Position numbers and translations under genes: made by a program | Notes under the pieces: generated by a model | Told to the model about the DNA's origin: nothing | What the model saw: the letters and a program-made list of their open reading frames with translations, nothing else | Databases searched by the model: none | DNA from: Gemmatimonas sp. | Lineage (GTDB): Bacteria > Gemmatimonadota > Gemmatimonadetes > Gemmatimonadales > Gemmatimonadaceae | Reading direction: 5' to 3' | NCBI GenBank assembly: GCA_031414535.1 | Contig: JANNVQ010000023.1 | Coordinates: 1 to 31,762 of the forward strand | DNA: 31,762 nt | Part shown: piece by piece, positions 9,192 to 19,096 of the stretch | How positions within the stretch are numbered: position 1 is the stretch's first letter | Layout of the letters: each line of letters opens with the position of its first letter

Positions 9192-9868
9192 ACGCGAAGG
9201 GCGTTGAGGATGAACTTCGGGAGTTCCTCGCGACGCTCATCGAGGAATCGGTCGTACTGCGCGTCATTCATGCCGTACACACCCGTGAGCACCCGCTGCG
9301 CGATGAATGGGAAGGTCACGAGAGCCATCATGTTCACCATCAACTGCTCGGCTTTGATCGCCCGCATTTCTCCCGCCGCCACGCGTGCGTCAATCATCTG
9401 CTGCACCATCTGCAGGAGCATCGGCGTGTCCGTGGTGGGGTTGCGGCCAGTCACGCGGGCGAGCATCGCGGCGATGCGCTCGGGGTGCTGATGCGTTTCC
9501 GCCGCGATGTAGCCGGGGATGAAGGGCGTCTTCCGGACTGTATCGATGTACGAGGACACGAAGCTCCGGACGATGTCGGCGAGCGGAGCGTCGGGTCGTA
9601 AATCACGAGGCATCGCCGCAAACAGTGCCGATGCGGCCTCAAAGAACACGCGCTCGGCGAGGGCTTCTTTGGTCCTGAAGTAGTAGTGCAACAGGGCTTG
9701 GTTCACGCCGGCCTCGCGAGCGATGTCCTGCATGCGCGCGCCCGCGGTGCCCGTTCGTGTGAACACGCTGCGGGCGGCGGCGAGGATTCGAGCTTCCGTA
9801 TCGGCTGGCGCGGACGCCTTTGGTCTCGTCCGGACCTTTGGCTTACCTGTGGGCTTAGATTGACTCAT
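9188..9868 (-). CDS. TetR/AcrR family transcriptional regulator
   Basis: HTH 'GARMQDIAREAGVNQALLHYYFRTKEAL'. Start placed at ATG 9868 (MSQSKP), directly behind the operator palindrome, not at the track's 10111. Confidence 0.9.
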   Translation of the reverse strand: MSQSKPTGKPKVRTRPKASAPADTEARILAAARSVFTRTGTAGARMQDIAREAGVNQALLHYYFRTKEALAERVFFEAASALFAAMPRDLRPDAPLADIVRSFVSSYIDTVRKTPFIPGYIAAETHQHPERIAAMLARVTGRNPTTDTPMLLQMVQQMIDARVAAGEMRAIKAEQLMVNMMALVTFPFIAQRVLTGVYGMNDAQYDRFLDERREELPKFILNALRV

Positions 9869-9870
9869 TG

Positions 9871-9903
9871 GTTTAACTAAATAGTTAAACAGGGCAATGT
9901 CAA
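9871..9903 (-). promoter_or_regulatory. TetR operator palindrome overlapping the efflux operon promoter
   Basis: GTTTAACTA-AA-TAGTTAAAC (9871-9890) is a perfect 9-bp inverted repeat 2 nt from the ATG. TTGACA lies on the minus strand at 9903..9898. Confidence 0.75.
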
Positions 9904-10039
9904 CGGGCTCCGGCTTAGGCGCCCTTTGTTGGGAGCTGAGGCGGAGTGCAAGCGCCGCCCAGCGGGGTATCTTTTCTGCTGCATCAGAACGCCAGCCCAC
10001 CCCCTTGGCGCTTCGTCGCGACCCTCCTCTTATATAGAA

Positions 10040-12223
10040 ATGCGACTCATCCGCTCCGCCCTCGCCGCCGCTCTCCTCGCCCCGGCTGTCCTCGCCGCCC
10101 AGGGCCGCCAACTCACCGAGCAGGACTATGCCCGCGCCGAGCGGTTTCTCGGGCAGGGCGTCGCTTCATTGGTGAGTGGGCAGGGCTCCAGCTACAACTG
10201 GCTCGCCGACGGCCGCTTCTGGTATCGCGTGGCCCTGACGGGTGGCCCGGAACTCCGCATTGTGGATCCCGCCCGCAACCAAAGCCGCACCTGTGTGCCG
10301 CAGCAGGATCCCTGCGCGGTGACCCCGCCGGCGCGCCCCGCGCACGCGGCTCCAGGCAGCTCTTCGATGAGCCCAGATCGCACCAAGGCCGCCTTCATCC
10401 GCAACTACAACTTATGGGTGAAGGACTTGGTCAGCGGCACCGAAACGCAGTTGACGAGCGATGGCGTCCAAGACTTTGGCTACGCCACGAACAACGCGGG
10501 CTGGGTACACTCGGACGACCCCGTGGTCAGCTGGAGCCCAGACTCCAAGCAGATTGCCACGTTCCAGCACGACGGCCGCGGCGTTTCGATGATGTATCTC
10601 ACCACGACGAACGTTGGCGCGCCGCGCCTGCAGTCTTGGCGCTATCCGCTCCCGGGTGACTCGGTAATCTTCCGCATTCAGCGCGTGGTGATTGCGCTCG
10701 ATGGTGGCGACGGACGGCCCAAGCTCACGCGCTTCAAGATGGAGCCCGACCAGCACCGCTCGCGCGTCTCGGACCACATCGAGTGCGGCGGCGAAATCTG
10801 CGACACGCAGTGGTATCCCGATGGCTCGAAGATTGCGTTCGTGTCCAACACCCGCGATCACAAGCAGATGTGGATGCGAGTGGCCGACGCACGCACGGGT
10901 GACGTGAAGACGCTCTACGATGAGAACAGCGAGACGCAGATTGGCGATGCCTCGCTAGATAACGAGCTCTGGCGCGTGCTGCCGGCGAGCAACGAACTCA
11001 TCCAGTGGTCGGTGCGCGACGGCTGGATTCAGCTCTACCTGTTTGACCTCACCACGGGCCAGCTCAAGAATCGCATCACTACAGGCAACGGCAACGTGAC
11101 GCAGATCGTGCGCGTGGATGAGCGCACGCGTCGCATTTACTTCATGGCGCAGGGCCGCGAAGCAGGCCGCGATCCGTATTACACCTCACTCTACCGCGTA
11201 AACTTCGACGGCCGTTCGCTACTTGGGCTCACGCCTGAAGTGGGCAACCACGCAGTGACCATGTCGCCGGACGGCCGCTTCGTGATTGACACCTACTCCC
11301 AGGCCAACGTGCCGCCGGTGACGGTGCTGCGCGACGGCAACACGGGCCGCGTGATTCGCGAACTTGCCCGCGTAGACATCTCGCGCTTGGTCGCTTCTGG
11401 CTGGAAGGCGCCGCAGCCGTTCACGGTGAAGGCCCGCGATGGCCAGACGGACCTGTATGGCCTGATGTTCACGCCCACGCAGCTCGACTCCACCAAGAAG
11501 TATCCAATCATCAATTACATCTACCCGGGCCCGCAGGGTGGGTCGGTAGGCTCGCGCTCCTTCTCGCCTTCACGTGGTGACCATCAGGCGCTAGCTGAGC
11601 TTGGATTTATTGTGGTGTTGATTGACGGTATGGGCAGCTCGCCGCAGCGCTCTAAGGCCTTCCACGATGCCTACTACAGCCGCATGGGCGACAACTCGAT
11701 TCCCGATCAAGTCGCCGGCATGCAGGAACTCGCGCGCCGTCACCGCTTCATTGATATCGAGAAGGTCGGCATCTGGGGCCACTCTGGTGGTGGCTTCGCC
11801 ACGGCAGCCGCCATGTTGCGCGCGCCGGAGTTCTTTGACGTGGGTATCGCCGAGTCGGGCAATCAGGATCAGCGCAACTACGAAGACGACTGGGGCGAGC
11901 GCTATCAGGGCCTGCTCGTTCGTAATGGCAGCACGGATAACTACGCGGCCGAAGCCAACCAGACCTACGCGGCCAATCTCCGCGGCAAGCTGCTGCTTAT
12001 CCACGGTTTGATGGACGACAACGTGCCGGCCACCAACACGCTACTTGTGGCGGACGCTTTAATGAAGGCCAACAAGGACTTCGACATGATCCTTCTGCCG
12101 CACGCGCGCCACGGCTTTGGGCAGGATGGGATGTACATCATGCGCCGTCGCTGGGACTACTTCGTGACGCATCTGCAGGGCAATATCCCACCGCGCGAGT
12201 ATCGGATGGGGCAGCGCCGATAG
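10040..12223 (+). CDS. S9 family peptidase (dipeptidyl peptidase IV-like), secreted
   Basis: Signal peptide MRLIRSALAAALLAPAVLAAQ, DPPIV N-terminal propeller region, nucleophile motif GHSGGG, 'HGLMDDNV' Asp and 'RHGF' His. Confidence 0.92.
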   Translation: MRLIRSALAAALLAPAVLAAQGRQLTEQDYARAERFLGQGVASLVSGQGSSYNWLADGRFWYRVALTGGPELRIVDPARNQSRTCVPQQDPCAVTPPARPAHAAPGSSSMSPDRTKAAFIRNYNLWVKDLVSGTETQLTSDGVQDFGYATNNAGWVHSDDPVVSWSPDSKQIATFQHDGRGVSMMYLTTTNVGAPRLQSWRYPLPGDSVIFRIQRVVIALDGGDGRPKLTRFKMEPDQHRSRVSDHIECGGEICDTQWYPDGSKIAFVSNTRDHKQMWMRVADARTGDVKTLYDENSETQIGDASLDNELWRVLPASNELIQWSVRDGWIQLYLFDLTTGQLKNRITTGNGNVTQIVRVDERTRRIYFMAQGREAGRDPYYTSLYRVNFDGRSLLGLTPEVGNHAVTMSPDGRFVIDTYSQANVPPVTVLRDGNTGRVIRELARVDISRLVASGWKAPQPFTVKARDGQTDLYGLMFTPTQLDSTKKYPIINYIYPGPQGGSVGSRSFSPSRGDHQALAELGFIVVLIDGMGSSPQRSKAFHDAYYSRMGDNSIPDQVAGMQELARRHRFIDIEKVGIWGHSGGGFATAAAMLRAPEFFDVGIAESGNQDQRNYEDDWGERYQGLLVRNGSTDNYAAEANQTYAANLRGKLLLIHGLMDDNVPATNTLLVADALMKANKDFDMILLPHARHGFGQDGMYIMRRRWDYFVTHLQGNIPPREYRMGQRR

Positions 12224-12281
12224 CGCCCCATCGTCTGGATTTCGTAGGCTCTATCATTAACCAACTACTCCGAGGCTGATC

Positions 12282-12746
12282 ATGCTCCGCCGCATGCTTG
12301 CCGTTGCTGCTTTTCTCGCGCTCGCTTCCGTTCCCGCTCAGGCGCAGGTGCCCTTGCTCGACCTGCGAGTCGGCGCGCACGGCGCCCTCCCGCAGGGCAA
12401 CTTCGCCGACACGCACGATGCGGGCGTCGGCGCGTACTTCCGCGCCGGCGTGCCACTGCTCGTCTTTAAGCTCATGGGCAGCGTCACGTACACGCAGTTC
12501 AAGGCCGTGAACCCGTTCATTGACGATGTCTCTGAGATCACGCTGCAGGCCGGACCGCACTTCTCGCCCCTTCCGCTGCTCGACCTCGGCGCCGAGTTCG
12601 GCTACCTCACGGACGCCAAGGAAATGGCGTTTACGCCGAATGTGTCGGTGGGCTTTTTGATGCTCGAGGCAACAGCATCGTACAACAAGCCGTTCGAGAA
12701 GGGCGCCAACAGCTGGGTCACGCTGGGTATCGGCCTGCGCTTCTAG
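12282..12746 (+). CDS. small outer-membrane beta-barrel protein (hypothetical)
   Basis: Signal peptide ending AQAQ, alternating hydrophobic strands, C-terminal 'LGIGLRF'; GAGG upstream. Confidence 0.7.
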   Translation: MLRRMLAVAAFLALASVPAQAQVPLLDLRVGAHGALPQGNFADTHDAGVGAYFRAGVPLLVFKLMGSVTYTQFKAVNPFIDDVSEITLQAGPHFSPLPLLDLGAEFGYLTDAKEMAFTPNVSVGFLMLEATASYNKPFEKGANSWVTLGIGLRF

Positions 12747-13459
12747 CGCGGCGCAGCGTACTGCATTCGAGCGAGAATTTCTGGAATCCTCCGCGACGCG
12801 ACGCTCCCTGATGGGCTCCAGCGTCGCGGCGACGGCAAGATGGCGGCCAGACGTGCGGCCTGCTCAGCGCTCAATCGCGCGGCGCTCACACCAAAGTGCT
12901 TCCGCGCCGCCATCTCCGCGCCAAACACGCCATCGCCCCACTCGGCCAAGTTGAGATACAGGTCGAGGATGCGCTCCTTGGGGAGCGTCAACTCCAGCAC
13001 GAGCGTGATGTAGGCCTCGAAGCCTTTTCGCACGAACGAACGCCCTTCCCAGAGGAAGATGTTCTTCGCCACCTGCTGCGTGATGGTGGAAGCGCCGCGC
13101 AGGCGGCCGCCGCGTTCGGCGCGGTCGAGTGCCTTCTGGATCTCCACCACATCCAGACCCCAATGCAAGTAGAAGCGGTCGTCTTCCGCCGCTAGCACCG
13201 CACGGCGCAGCCGCGGCGAAATCTCGCTGCGCGCTACTACGTCACGCTGCGGATACCAAGGACGCTTGCCATCAACGGCGCGCTGAACGGTGCGTCGCAG
13301 CATGACCATCGTGGTGGGAGGCTGCAGGAAGTTGAGTAGCAGTCCGAGCACCACCGGACCAAGCATCACCACGGCCAGCGCAATCAATAGCAGCCGACGC
13401 AGGTGAGGCCAGGCGGCACTGAGGCGCTGACGGATGCTCGGCGGTGTGGGGGAGGGCAC
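12743..13459 (-). CDS. mtgA: monofunctional biosynthetic peptidoglycan transglycosylase
   Basis: GT51 motifs 'AAEDDRF..HWG', 'RGASTITQQVAKN', 'RKGFE', 'KERILDLYLN', 'LAAILPSP'; no transpeptidase domain. Confidence 0.92.
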   Translation of the reverse strand: MPSPTPPSIRQRLSAAWPHLRRLLLIALAVVMLGPVVLGLLLNFLQPPTTMVMLRRTVQRAVDGKRPWYPQRDVVARSEISPRLRRAVLAAEDDRFYLHWGLDVVEIQKALDRAERGGRLRGASTITQQVAKNIFLWEGRSFVRKGFEAYITLVLELTLPKERILDLYLNLAEWGDGVFGAEMAARKHFGVSAARLSAEQAARLAAILPSPRRWSPSGSVASRRIPEILARMQYAAPR

Positions 13460-13539
13460 ACGTGGAAGCTACTCGGAGAAACCATAGGAGCGCATCCGGC
13501 GTACTAGGGGAAGCCGTCTACCTCTTGGAGAATCACCGC

Positions 13540-14151
13540 ATGCCTTCGTCCGCGCTCCGTCGTTCCGTCCTGTCCGCTTTGCTCATTGCGGCTGTCCCCA
13601 CGTTCGCTCACGCGCAGGATGAGTACCTGTTTGCAAACGGCCCCCGCAGCTTCGGTGGCTTCGGTGGCCCGATGTTCCGCGTCACGCAGGTGGCCGGCGA
13701 GACAATGTTCCTCGGCGGCGGCGGCGGGGCCTTCCTGATCAATCGCCGCTTCGCAATTGGGGGAATGGGACTCGGCGGTACCACGAACGTTGATGCAATC
13801 ATCGCGGGGAATCCCGTGCGCGGCGAGATGGACTTCGGCTACGGTGGGCTCACCCTCGAAGTCATCACCCGGCCGTCCAAATTAGTGCACGCCACCTACG
13901 GCGTGCTGCTCGGAGGCGGTGGCGTGTCAGTGTGGCCGGATAATCTTCGTCCGCGCAATGCGAACTACGAAATGGAATCCTTCGGCGTCGCTGAACCGCA
14001 GCTTGGCGTAGAGCTGAATGTGCTACGCTGGATGCGTATCGGCGTAACCGGCAGCTACCGCTTCGCCGTTGGTGGCGACTTCCCGGAGCTCGTGAACGAC
14101 AAGATCAGTGGAGCGAACGGTTCACTGGTCTTCCGCTTCGGCTCGTTCTAA
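13540..14151 (+). CDS. outer-membrane beta-barrel protein (hypothetical)
   Basis: GGAG upstream of ATG 13540, signal peptide ending AHAQ, Gly-rich strands, C-terminal 'FRFGSF'. Confidence 0.7.
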   Translation: MPSSALRRSVLSALLIAAVPTFAHAQDEYLFANGPRSFGGFGGPMFRVTQVAGETMFLGGGGGAFLINRRFAIGGMGLGGTTNVDAIIAGNPVRGEMDFGYGGLTLEVITRPSKLVHATYGVLLGGGGVSVWPDNLRPRNANYEMESFGVAEPQLGVELNVLRWMRIGVTGSYRFAVGGDFPELVNDKISGANGSLVFRFGSF

Positions 14152-14167
14152 CGGGAGACTACGCTGC

Positions 14168-14204
14168 AGGGGCGGGACGCGAGCAAGCCAGCGCGTCCCC
14201 CCCT
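14168..14204. terminator. GC-rich hairpin after the OMP gene
   Basis: GGGACGCG (14174-14181) / CGCGTCCC (14192-14199), extendable; no strong U-tract. Confidence 0.4.
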
Positions 14205-14262
14205 CGCGCCGCGCAAGCCTGATGACCACCTTACGGCGACCCTCAATCCCGAGTCGCCACTG

Positions 14263-17200
14263 ATGTTCCGATGCCGCCCCGCTTACGCGCGCCCTCTCCA
14301 ACTCGCCAGTCTTCTTCTCCTAGGCGCTGGCGCGCTTCACGCCCAAGCGGCGTCTGTGCCGGCCTCCGCCGCCGAGGGGCTCGTGATGCGCCCTATCGGC
14401 CCCGCGCTGATGGGTGGCCGCATCGCCGACATCGCGGTGCATCCTCTTGACGCACGCACCTGGTATGTGGCCGCTGGCTCGGGCGGCGTCTGGAAGACCA
14501 CAAACAGTGGCGTCACCTTCACGCCAATCTTCGAACGACAGACCTCGTATTCCATCGGCGAAGTCACAATCGACCCCACGAACCCTGAGATCGTGTGGGT
14601 AGGCACCGGTGAGAACGTGAGTGGCCGTCACGTCGGCTGGGGCGATGGCGTGTACCGCTCGCGCGACGGTGGCCGTAACTGGCAGCGTATGGGGCTCACC
14701 AACTCGCAGCACATTGGGCGCATTCTTGTTGATCCGCGCCAAGGGAACACCATCCTTGTAGCGGCCGAGGGCCCTCTGTGGTCCAGCGGCGGTGAACGCG
14801 GCGTCTATCGCTCCACGGATGGCGGCGCCACGTGGACCGCCGCGCTGCAGATTGACGAGAACACGGGTATCACTGACTTGGAGTTCGATCCCTCGAACCC
14901 CGACGTTGTCTACGCCGCTGCGTACCAACGTCGCCGACACGTTTACGGCTTTCTCGCAGGCGGGGCGGGCTCTGGCTTGTATAAGTCCACGGACAACGGC
15001 CGCACATGGCGGAAGCTCACGAGCGGACTTCCCACAGGCGAGATCGGCAAGATTGGCCTCGCCGTCACTCCCGCAGATCCGTCGCGCGTCTACGCGACGA
15101 TAGAAGCCTCGGCCGAGCATCGCGGCTTCTACGTATCGCTGGATCGTGGCGAGAGTTGGGAGAAGCGCAACTCGTACATCTCCGGTGGTACTGGGCCGCA
15201 TTACTACCAAGAGATAGAGGCCTCGCCTACCGATGCAAACCTCGTGTATCAGATGGACGTATTCATCCAAGTCACGCGCGACGCTGGCCGCAGCTTCGGT
15301 AATCTTGAGTCTGGGCACGACAAGCACAGCGACAACCACGCGCTCTGGATTGATCCCACGGATGGACGCCACATGCTTGTGGGCACCGATGGCGGACTCT
15401 ATGAAAGCTTCGACTCCGGTCAGCGGTGGCGGCACTTCCCGAACCTCCCGCTGTCGCAGTTGTACAAGGTGGCTCTGAACGATCGCGCTCCCTTCTATGA
15501 CGTGCTCCTCGGCGCGCAGGACCAGGGCACCTTTCACGGGCCCTCGCGCACCCTGCAACTGGAAGGCGTGCGCAGTCAGGACTGGTATGTGCCACTTGGC
15601 GCGGATGGCTATGGTGTAGCCTTCGAGCCCGGCAACCCTGACATGATGTACCTGATGTGGCAGGAGGGCATGCTGGCGCGAAAAGATCGTCGCAACGACG
15701 AGACCGTGATGATTAAGCCGCAGCCCGCGGCCACGGACGCACCTGAGCGGTGGAACTGGGATGCACCGCTACTCGTGAGCCCGCACAACCCCGCGCGTAT
15801 CTATTTCGGTTCTCAGCGCCTGTGGCGCAGCGATGACCGTGGCGACAGTTGGAAGACCGTGAGCTCTGATCTCACACTCGGTGGCGAGCGCTACGCGCAG
15901 CGCTACTATGGCCGCGGCGTGAGTGTGGACGCGCTCTACGATCATGGCGCGATGTCCAAGTACGCAACTACCACAAGCATCTCGGAGTCGCCAAGTGCAG
16001 AAGGCACGCTCGCGGTTGGCACTGACGATGGCCTCGTGCAGGTGACGACGGATGGAGGCGCCACGTGGACTCGCGCGGCGGCGTTGCCGGGCCTGCCGCC
16101 GCTGTCCTTCATCAATGACGTGGAGTTCTCGCGGCACTCGGCGCGCACGCTGTTCGTGGCCGCAGATGCACACAAGATTGGCGACTTCACGCCCTACCTC
16201 TTCAGCAGCGCTGACCTCGGTCGCACCTGGCGCTCCATCGCTGGAGACTTGCCCAAGGGCTCAATCGTATGGGCGGTGCAGCAGGATGGTGAGTCCGGCC
16301 TGCTGTTCGTCGGCACCGAGTCCGGCGCGTACTGGTCGCCCAATGGTGGCACGAACTGGCATCGCCTCGGTGGCATGCCCACCATCCCGGTGCGTGACAT
16401 CGCTCTGCAGCGGCGCGACAACGATCTCGTCGCGGCAACCTTCGGGCGCAGCGTGTATGTGCTCGACGACTACACGCCTCTGCGTGCCATCGCGGCCGGC
16501 GTGCGCGTGGACGTGGCGACGCTCCTCCCCGTGCGTGATGCCTGGTGGTACGTGCCGACCGCTGTGGCGCAGGCACCGGGCCGCCCCGAGCTCGGGACGG
16601 ACGACTTCACAACGGAGAATCCTCCTTTCGGTGCGCTGCTCACGTACTATGTGAGCGCGCTGCCGAGTACCGCGCAGGAAGCGCGTCGCGCCGAGGAGCG
16701 TCGCCTGCAGGAGCGCGCTGCTGACGTGCCATTCCCAGGCTTTGACCGCCTGCGCGCGGAGCAGCAGGAACGCGCGCCGCAGCTTGTGCTTGCCATCCGA
16801 GACGCCAGCGGGGCAATCGTGCGGATGCTTGAGGCTCCGTCACGATCAGGCTTGCATCGTCTCAACTGGGATTTACGCTTGGCGAGCCCAGATCCAGTGA
16901 ACTTGAATCCCCCCGCCTTCCGCCCTCCATGGGCGGGCGAGCCTCAGGGGCCGCTCGCCACGCCTGGCGCCTACACGGCAACGCTGCACTTGGTGTCGGC
17001 CGCAGGCGTTCGCGCACTTGGTGAGCCGCAAGCCTTCACCGTGCGTCCCGTTCCGAACGTGCCTGGCTCGCCCGACTTCGTGGCGGCGGCAGCGTTCCAA
17101 CAGAAGGTGGCCAAGCTCGAGGGCCGTGCCTCGGCGCTCGGCAGGGAACTAGGAGCGGCCCGCGAGGATCTGCGGCACGCTCGCGCGTCCATCGCAGCGG

Positions 17201-17538
17201 CATCACGACCAAATCCCTTGCTGTATGGGATGGTGGATTCGCTGTCGACGCGCATTGCGTTGCTCTCGCGCCGTTTGAACGGAGATCCCGTGCGCGGCCA
17301 GCTCGACGAACCGCAGGAGCACAACGTATCGGCGCGTCTTGGGGCCGCGGCGCAGTATGAGCATAGGTATCCGCCAACAGCAACGCAGCGTCGGGAGGCT
17401 GACCTCGCGGAGTCCGAACTCGCGGCTATCGAGCGCGACGCGCGCGTGTTGTTGGAGACGGAGCTGGCGCGGGTCCAGCAGGCGATGGCAGCGGCCGGTG
17501 CTCCGTGGAGCGCTGGCCGGGGCCTGCGCGTTCCTTAG
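14263..17538 (+). CDS. VPS10/sortilin-like BNR (Asp-box) repeat protein, putative glycosyl hydrolase
   Basis: 1091 aa with a signal peptide, 'RPIGPALMGGRI', many SxDGGxxW Asp-boxes and a helical C-terminal tail. Confidence 0.88.
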   Translation: MFRCRPAYARPLQLASLLLLGAGALHAQAASVPASAAEGLVMRPIGPALMGGRIADIAVHPLDARTWYVAAGSGGVWKTTNSGVTFTPIFERQTSYSIGEVTIDPTNPEIVWVGTGENVSGRHVGWGDGVYRSRDGGRNWQRMGLTNSQHIGRILVDPRQGNTILVAAEGPLWSSGGERGVYRSTDGGATWTAALQIDENTGITDLEFDPSNPDVVYAAAYQRRRHVYGFLAGGAGSGLYKSTDNGRTWRKLTSGLPTGEIGKIGLAVTPADPSRVYATIEASAEHRGFYVSLDRGESWEKRNSYISGGTGPHYYQEIEASPTDANLVYQMDVFIQVTRDAGRSFGNLESGHDKHSDNHALWIDPTDGRHMLVGTDGGLYESFDSGQRWRHFPNLPLSQLYKVALNDRAPFYDVLLGAQDQGTFHGPSRTLQLEGVRSQDWYVPLGADGYGVAFEPGNPDMMYLMWQEGMLARKDRRNDETVMIKPQPAATDAPERWNWDAPLLVSPHNPARIYFGSQRLWRSDDRGDSWKTVSSDLTLGGERYAQRYYGRGVSVDALYDHGAMSKYATTTSISESPSAEGTLAVGTDDGLVQVTTDGGATWTRAAALPGLPPLSFINDVEFSRHSARTLFVAADAHKIGDFTPYLFSSADLGRTWRSIAGDLPKGSIVWAVQQDGESGLLFVGTESGAYWSPNGGTNWHRLGGMPTIPVRDIALQRRDNDLVAATFGRSVYVLDDYTPLRAIAAGVRVDVATLLPVRDAWWYVPTAVAQAPGRPELGTDDFTTENPPFGALLTYYVSALPSTAQEARRAEERRLQERAADVPFPGFDRLRAEQQERAPQLVLAIRDASGAIVRMLEAPSRSGLHRLNWDLRLASPDPVNLNPPAFRPPWAGEPQGPLATPGAYTATLHLVSAAGVRALGEPQAFTVRPVPNVPGSPDFVAAAAFQQKVAKLEGRASALGRELGAAREDLRHARASIAAASRPNPLLYGMVDSLSTRIALLSRRLNGDPVRGQLDEPQEHNVSARLGAAAQYEHRYPPTATQRREADLAESELAAIERDARVLLETELARVQQAMAAAGAPWSAGRGLRVP

Positions 17539-17617
17539 GTCGAGCTGCGCGTATTCGGCGAAGTGAACTTTGCAGGAGACTTCGGAGGGTGCCGCGGGTA
17601 GCGGAAAGGGGCAGGTG

Positions 17618-19096
17618 TTAGGGGCAGAATCCCCACACCTGCCACGGCTGCGCGAGTGCATCCACGCCAGCAGCAATCGCGCTGACCCACGCGGCGATGA
17701 GCAGCAGATGCGCGCCCGTCTTGTGCTTCACGATGCGATGTAGCGCGAGCGAGATGATGAAGAGACCTACAAACAGCAGGCTCCCGACGCCACCGAGCCA
17801 AGCGGCCGCGCAGGCAATGTTGGGACTGCCGTCCCTCAGCAGCGGTAGCATGGCTCCAGCAATCGTGATTGTGATCGGCAACGCCAGCAATCCCGTGAGC
17901 ACGCCAGTGGCGCGCCCTGCGAGCCGAAGGTCGCGCGCAACGGGCAGGGCATCGAGTAGCGCGTCGGCTCGCACATCACGGTCGCGCCACACGAGCTCAC
18001 CAGCATAGATGGTGGCGATGAGAATCGCGAAGAGCCGCGCGTGGAACTCCAAGGCGCGGACCAGCGCGCTCGAATCCATGGCCACGCTCCAGCCGTTGGC
18101 GGTCGAATTCAATAACGCGAGGAAGAGCAACACAGTGAAGCCGCGCTCCTGAACGACCCAGCGAAGGCCGAATCTATACTCGGCTTTGAACTGGTCAGTC
18201 GTACTTGCGCCGCGTAGTGGCGCGAGGGGCTTAGCGGGTGCAACTGATGGCGTCGTCTGCGCGGCAACTTGTGGGCTCCCGGCGCTCGCTAATCGCGCCG
18301 TGACCTGTTTGGACGCAGCGGCCACTGCGCCACGCGCGGGCGCAGCAAGAACGCCACCTCGCGGCCGCCAGCGCCAAAGCGTGATACCCAGCAGCGCCCC
18401 CGATACTGCGAGCCAAAGCACGCGGTTCGCCGCGAGTGAGTGCCCAGCAGTGAGCGCCGCGTTGCCAAAGGGATCAATCAGCGCACCGATGCTCACTCCA
18501 CGCGCAACTAAGCTGAGCCCCGTTTGCCACAGGCCGATGAATCCCAAGCCAACCAGCAGGATCACACTGAACCCACCACTCAGGGCCGCCGCCGCAAAGA
18601 AGGCCGCAGCCACGAGTGCCACATTGGGCAGCACGAGCGAGGCCACTGGCGCGAGCAAGTCACCAGGAGCCGCACCGCCAAGCGCGAATCCCAGTGGGAT
18701 TGCGGCGGAGATGGCAAGGAGCACCGCTAGCGTCGCCGCATAGCGTCCGAGCAAGTAGGCTCGCCAAGCTATACCAGTAGTCAGCACCAGCCCTTCGCTG
18801 CGCAGCGATACATCACGCAGTCCCACCGTCGCCGCGGTCATCGCCGTGATGACTTGGCCGAAGGCCGTGAGCCCGGCCATCGCTTGTGCCAATACGGGTC
18901 CCGCAGTCCGGGGTAGTGAGGCGAGATCCCCACTCACCAATGAAATGGGCCCGCCGCTCGCGTGCGCGAGTGAGAGAAAGAAAAACACCAACGCACCCAG
19001 CCAAGCCATGAAGTCCCGCGCATGCAGCCGCAGCTCAAGGCTGACTACTATTCCAATGGTTGCGAGCCCGCTGTGCGGGCGCTCAGCGCTCGGCAT
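17618..19096 (-). CDS. ABC transporter permease (N-terminal part of the permease/M1-aminopeptidase family)
   Basis: Two hydrophobic halves; 'IYAGELVWRDRDVRADALLDALP'; ATG 19096 overlaps the end of the upstream ATPase gene. Confidence 0.7.
   Translation of the reverse strand: MPSAERPHSGLATIGIVVSLELRLHARDFMAWLGALVFFFLSLAHASGGPISLVSGDLASLPRTAGPVLAQAMAGLTAFGQVITAMTAATVGLRDVSLRSEGLVLTTGIAWRAYLLGRYAATLAVLLAISAAIPLGFALGGAAPGDLLAPVASLVLPNVALVAAAFFAAAALSGGFSVILLVGLGFIGLWQTGLSLVARGVSIGALIDPFGNAALTAGHSLAANRVLWLAVSGALLGITLWRWRPRGGVLAAPARGAVAAASKQVTARLASAGSPQVAAQTTPSVAPAKPLAPLRGASTTDQFKAEYRFGLRWVVQERGFTVLLFLALLNSTANGWSVAMDSSALVRALEFHARLFAILIATIYAGELVWRDRDVRADALLDALPVARDLRLAGRATGVLTGLLALPITITIAGAMLPLLRDGSPNIACAAAWLGGVGSLLFVGLFIISLALHRIVKHKTGAHLLLIAAWVSAIAAGVDALAQPWQVWGFCP

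Noticed and set aside
9869..10111. Long N-terminal extensions of TetR (to 10111) and the S9 peptidase (from 9926) in the ORF track
   Set aside because: They overlap each other and the operator/promoter. ATG 9868 and ATG 10040 give normal N-termini.
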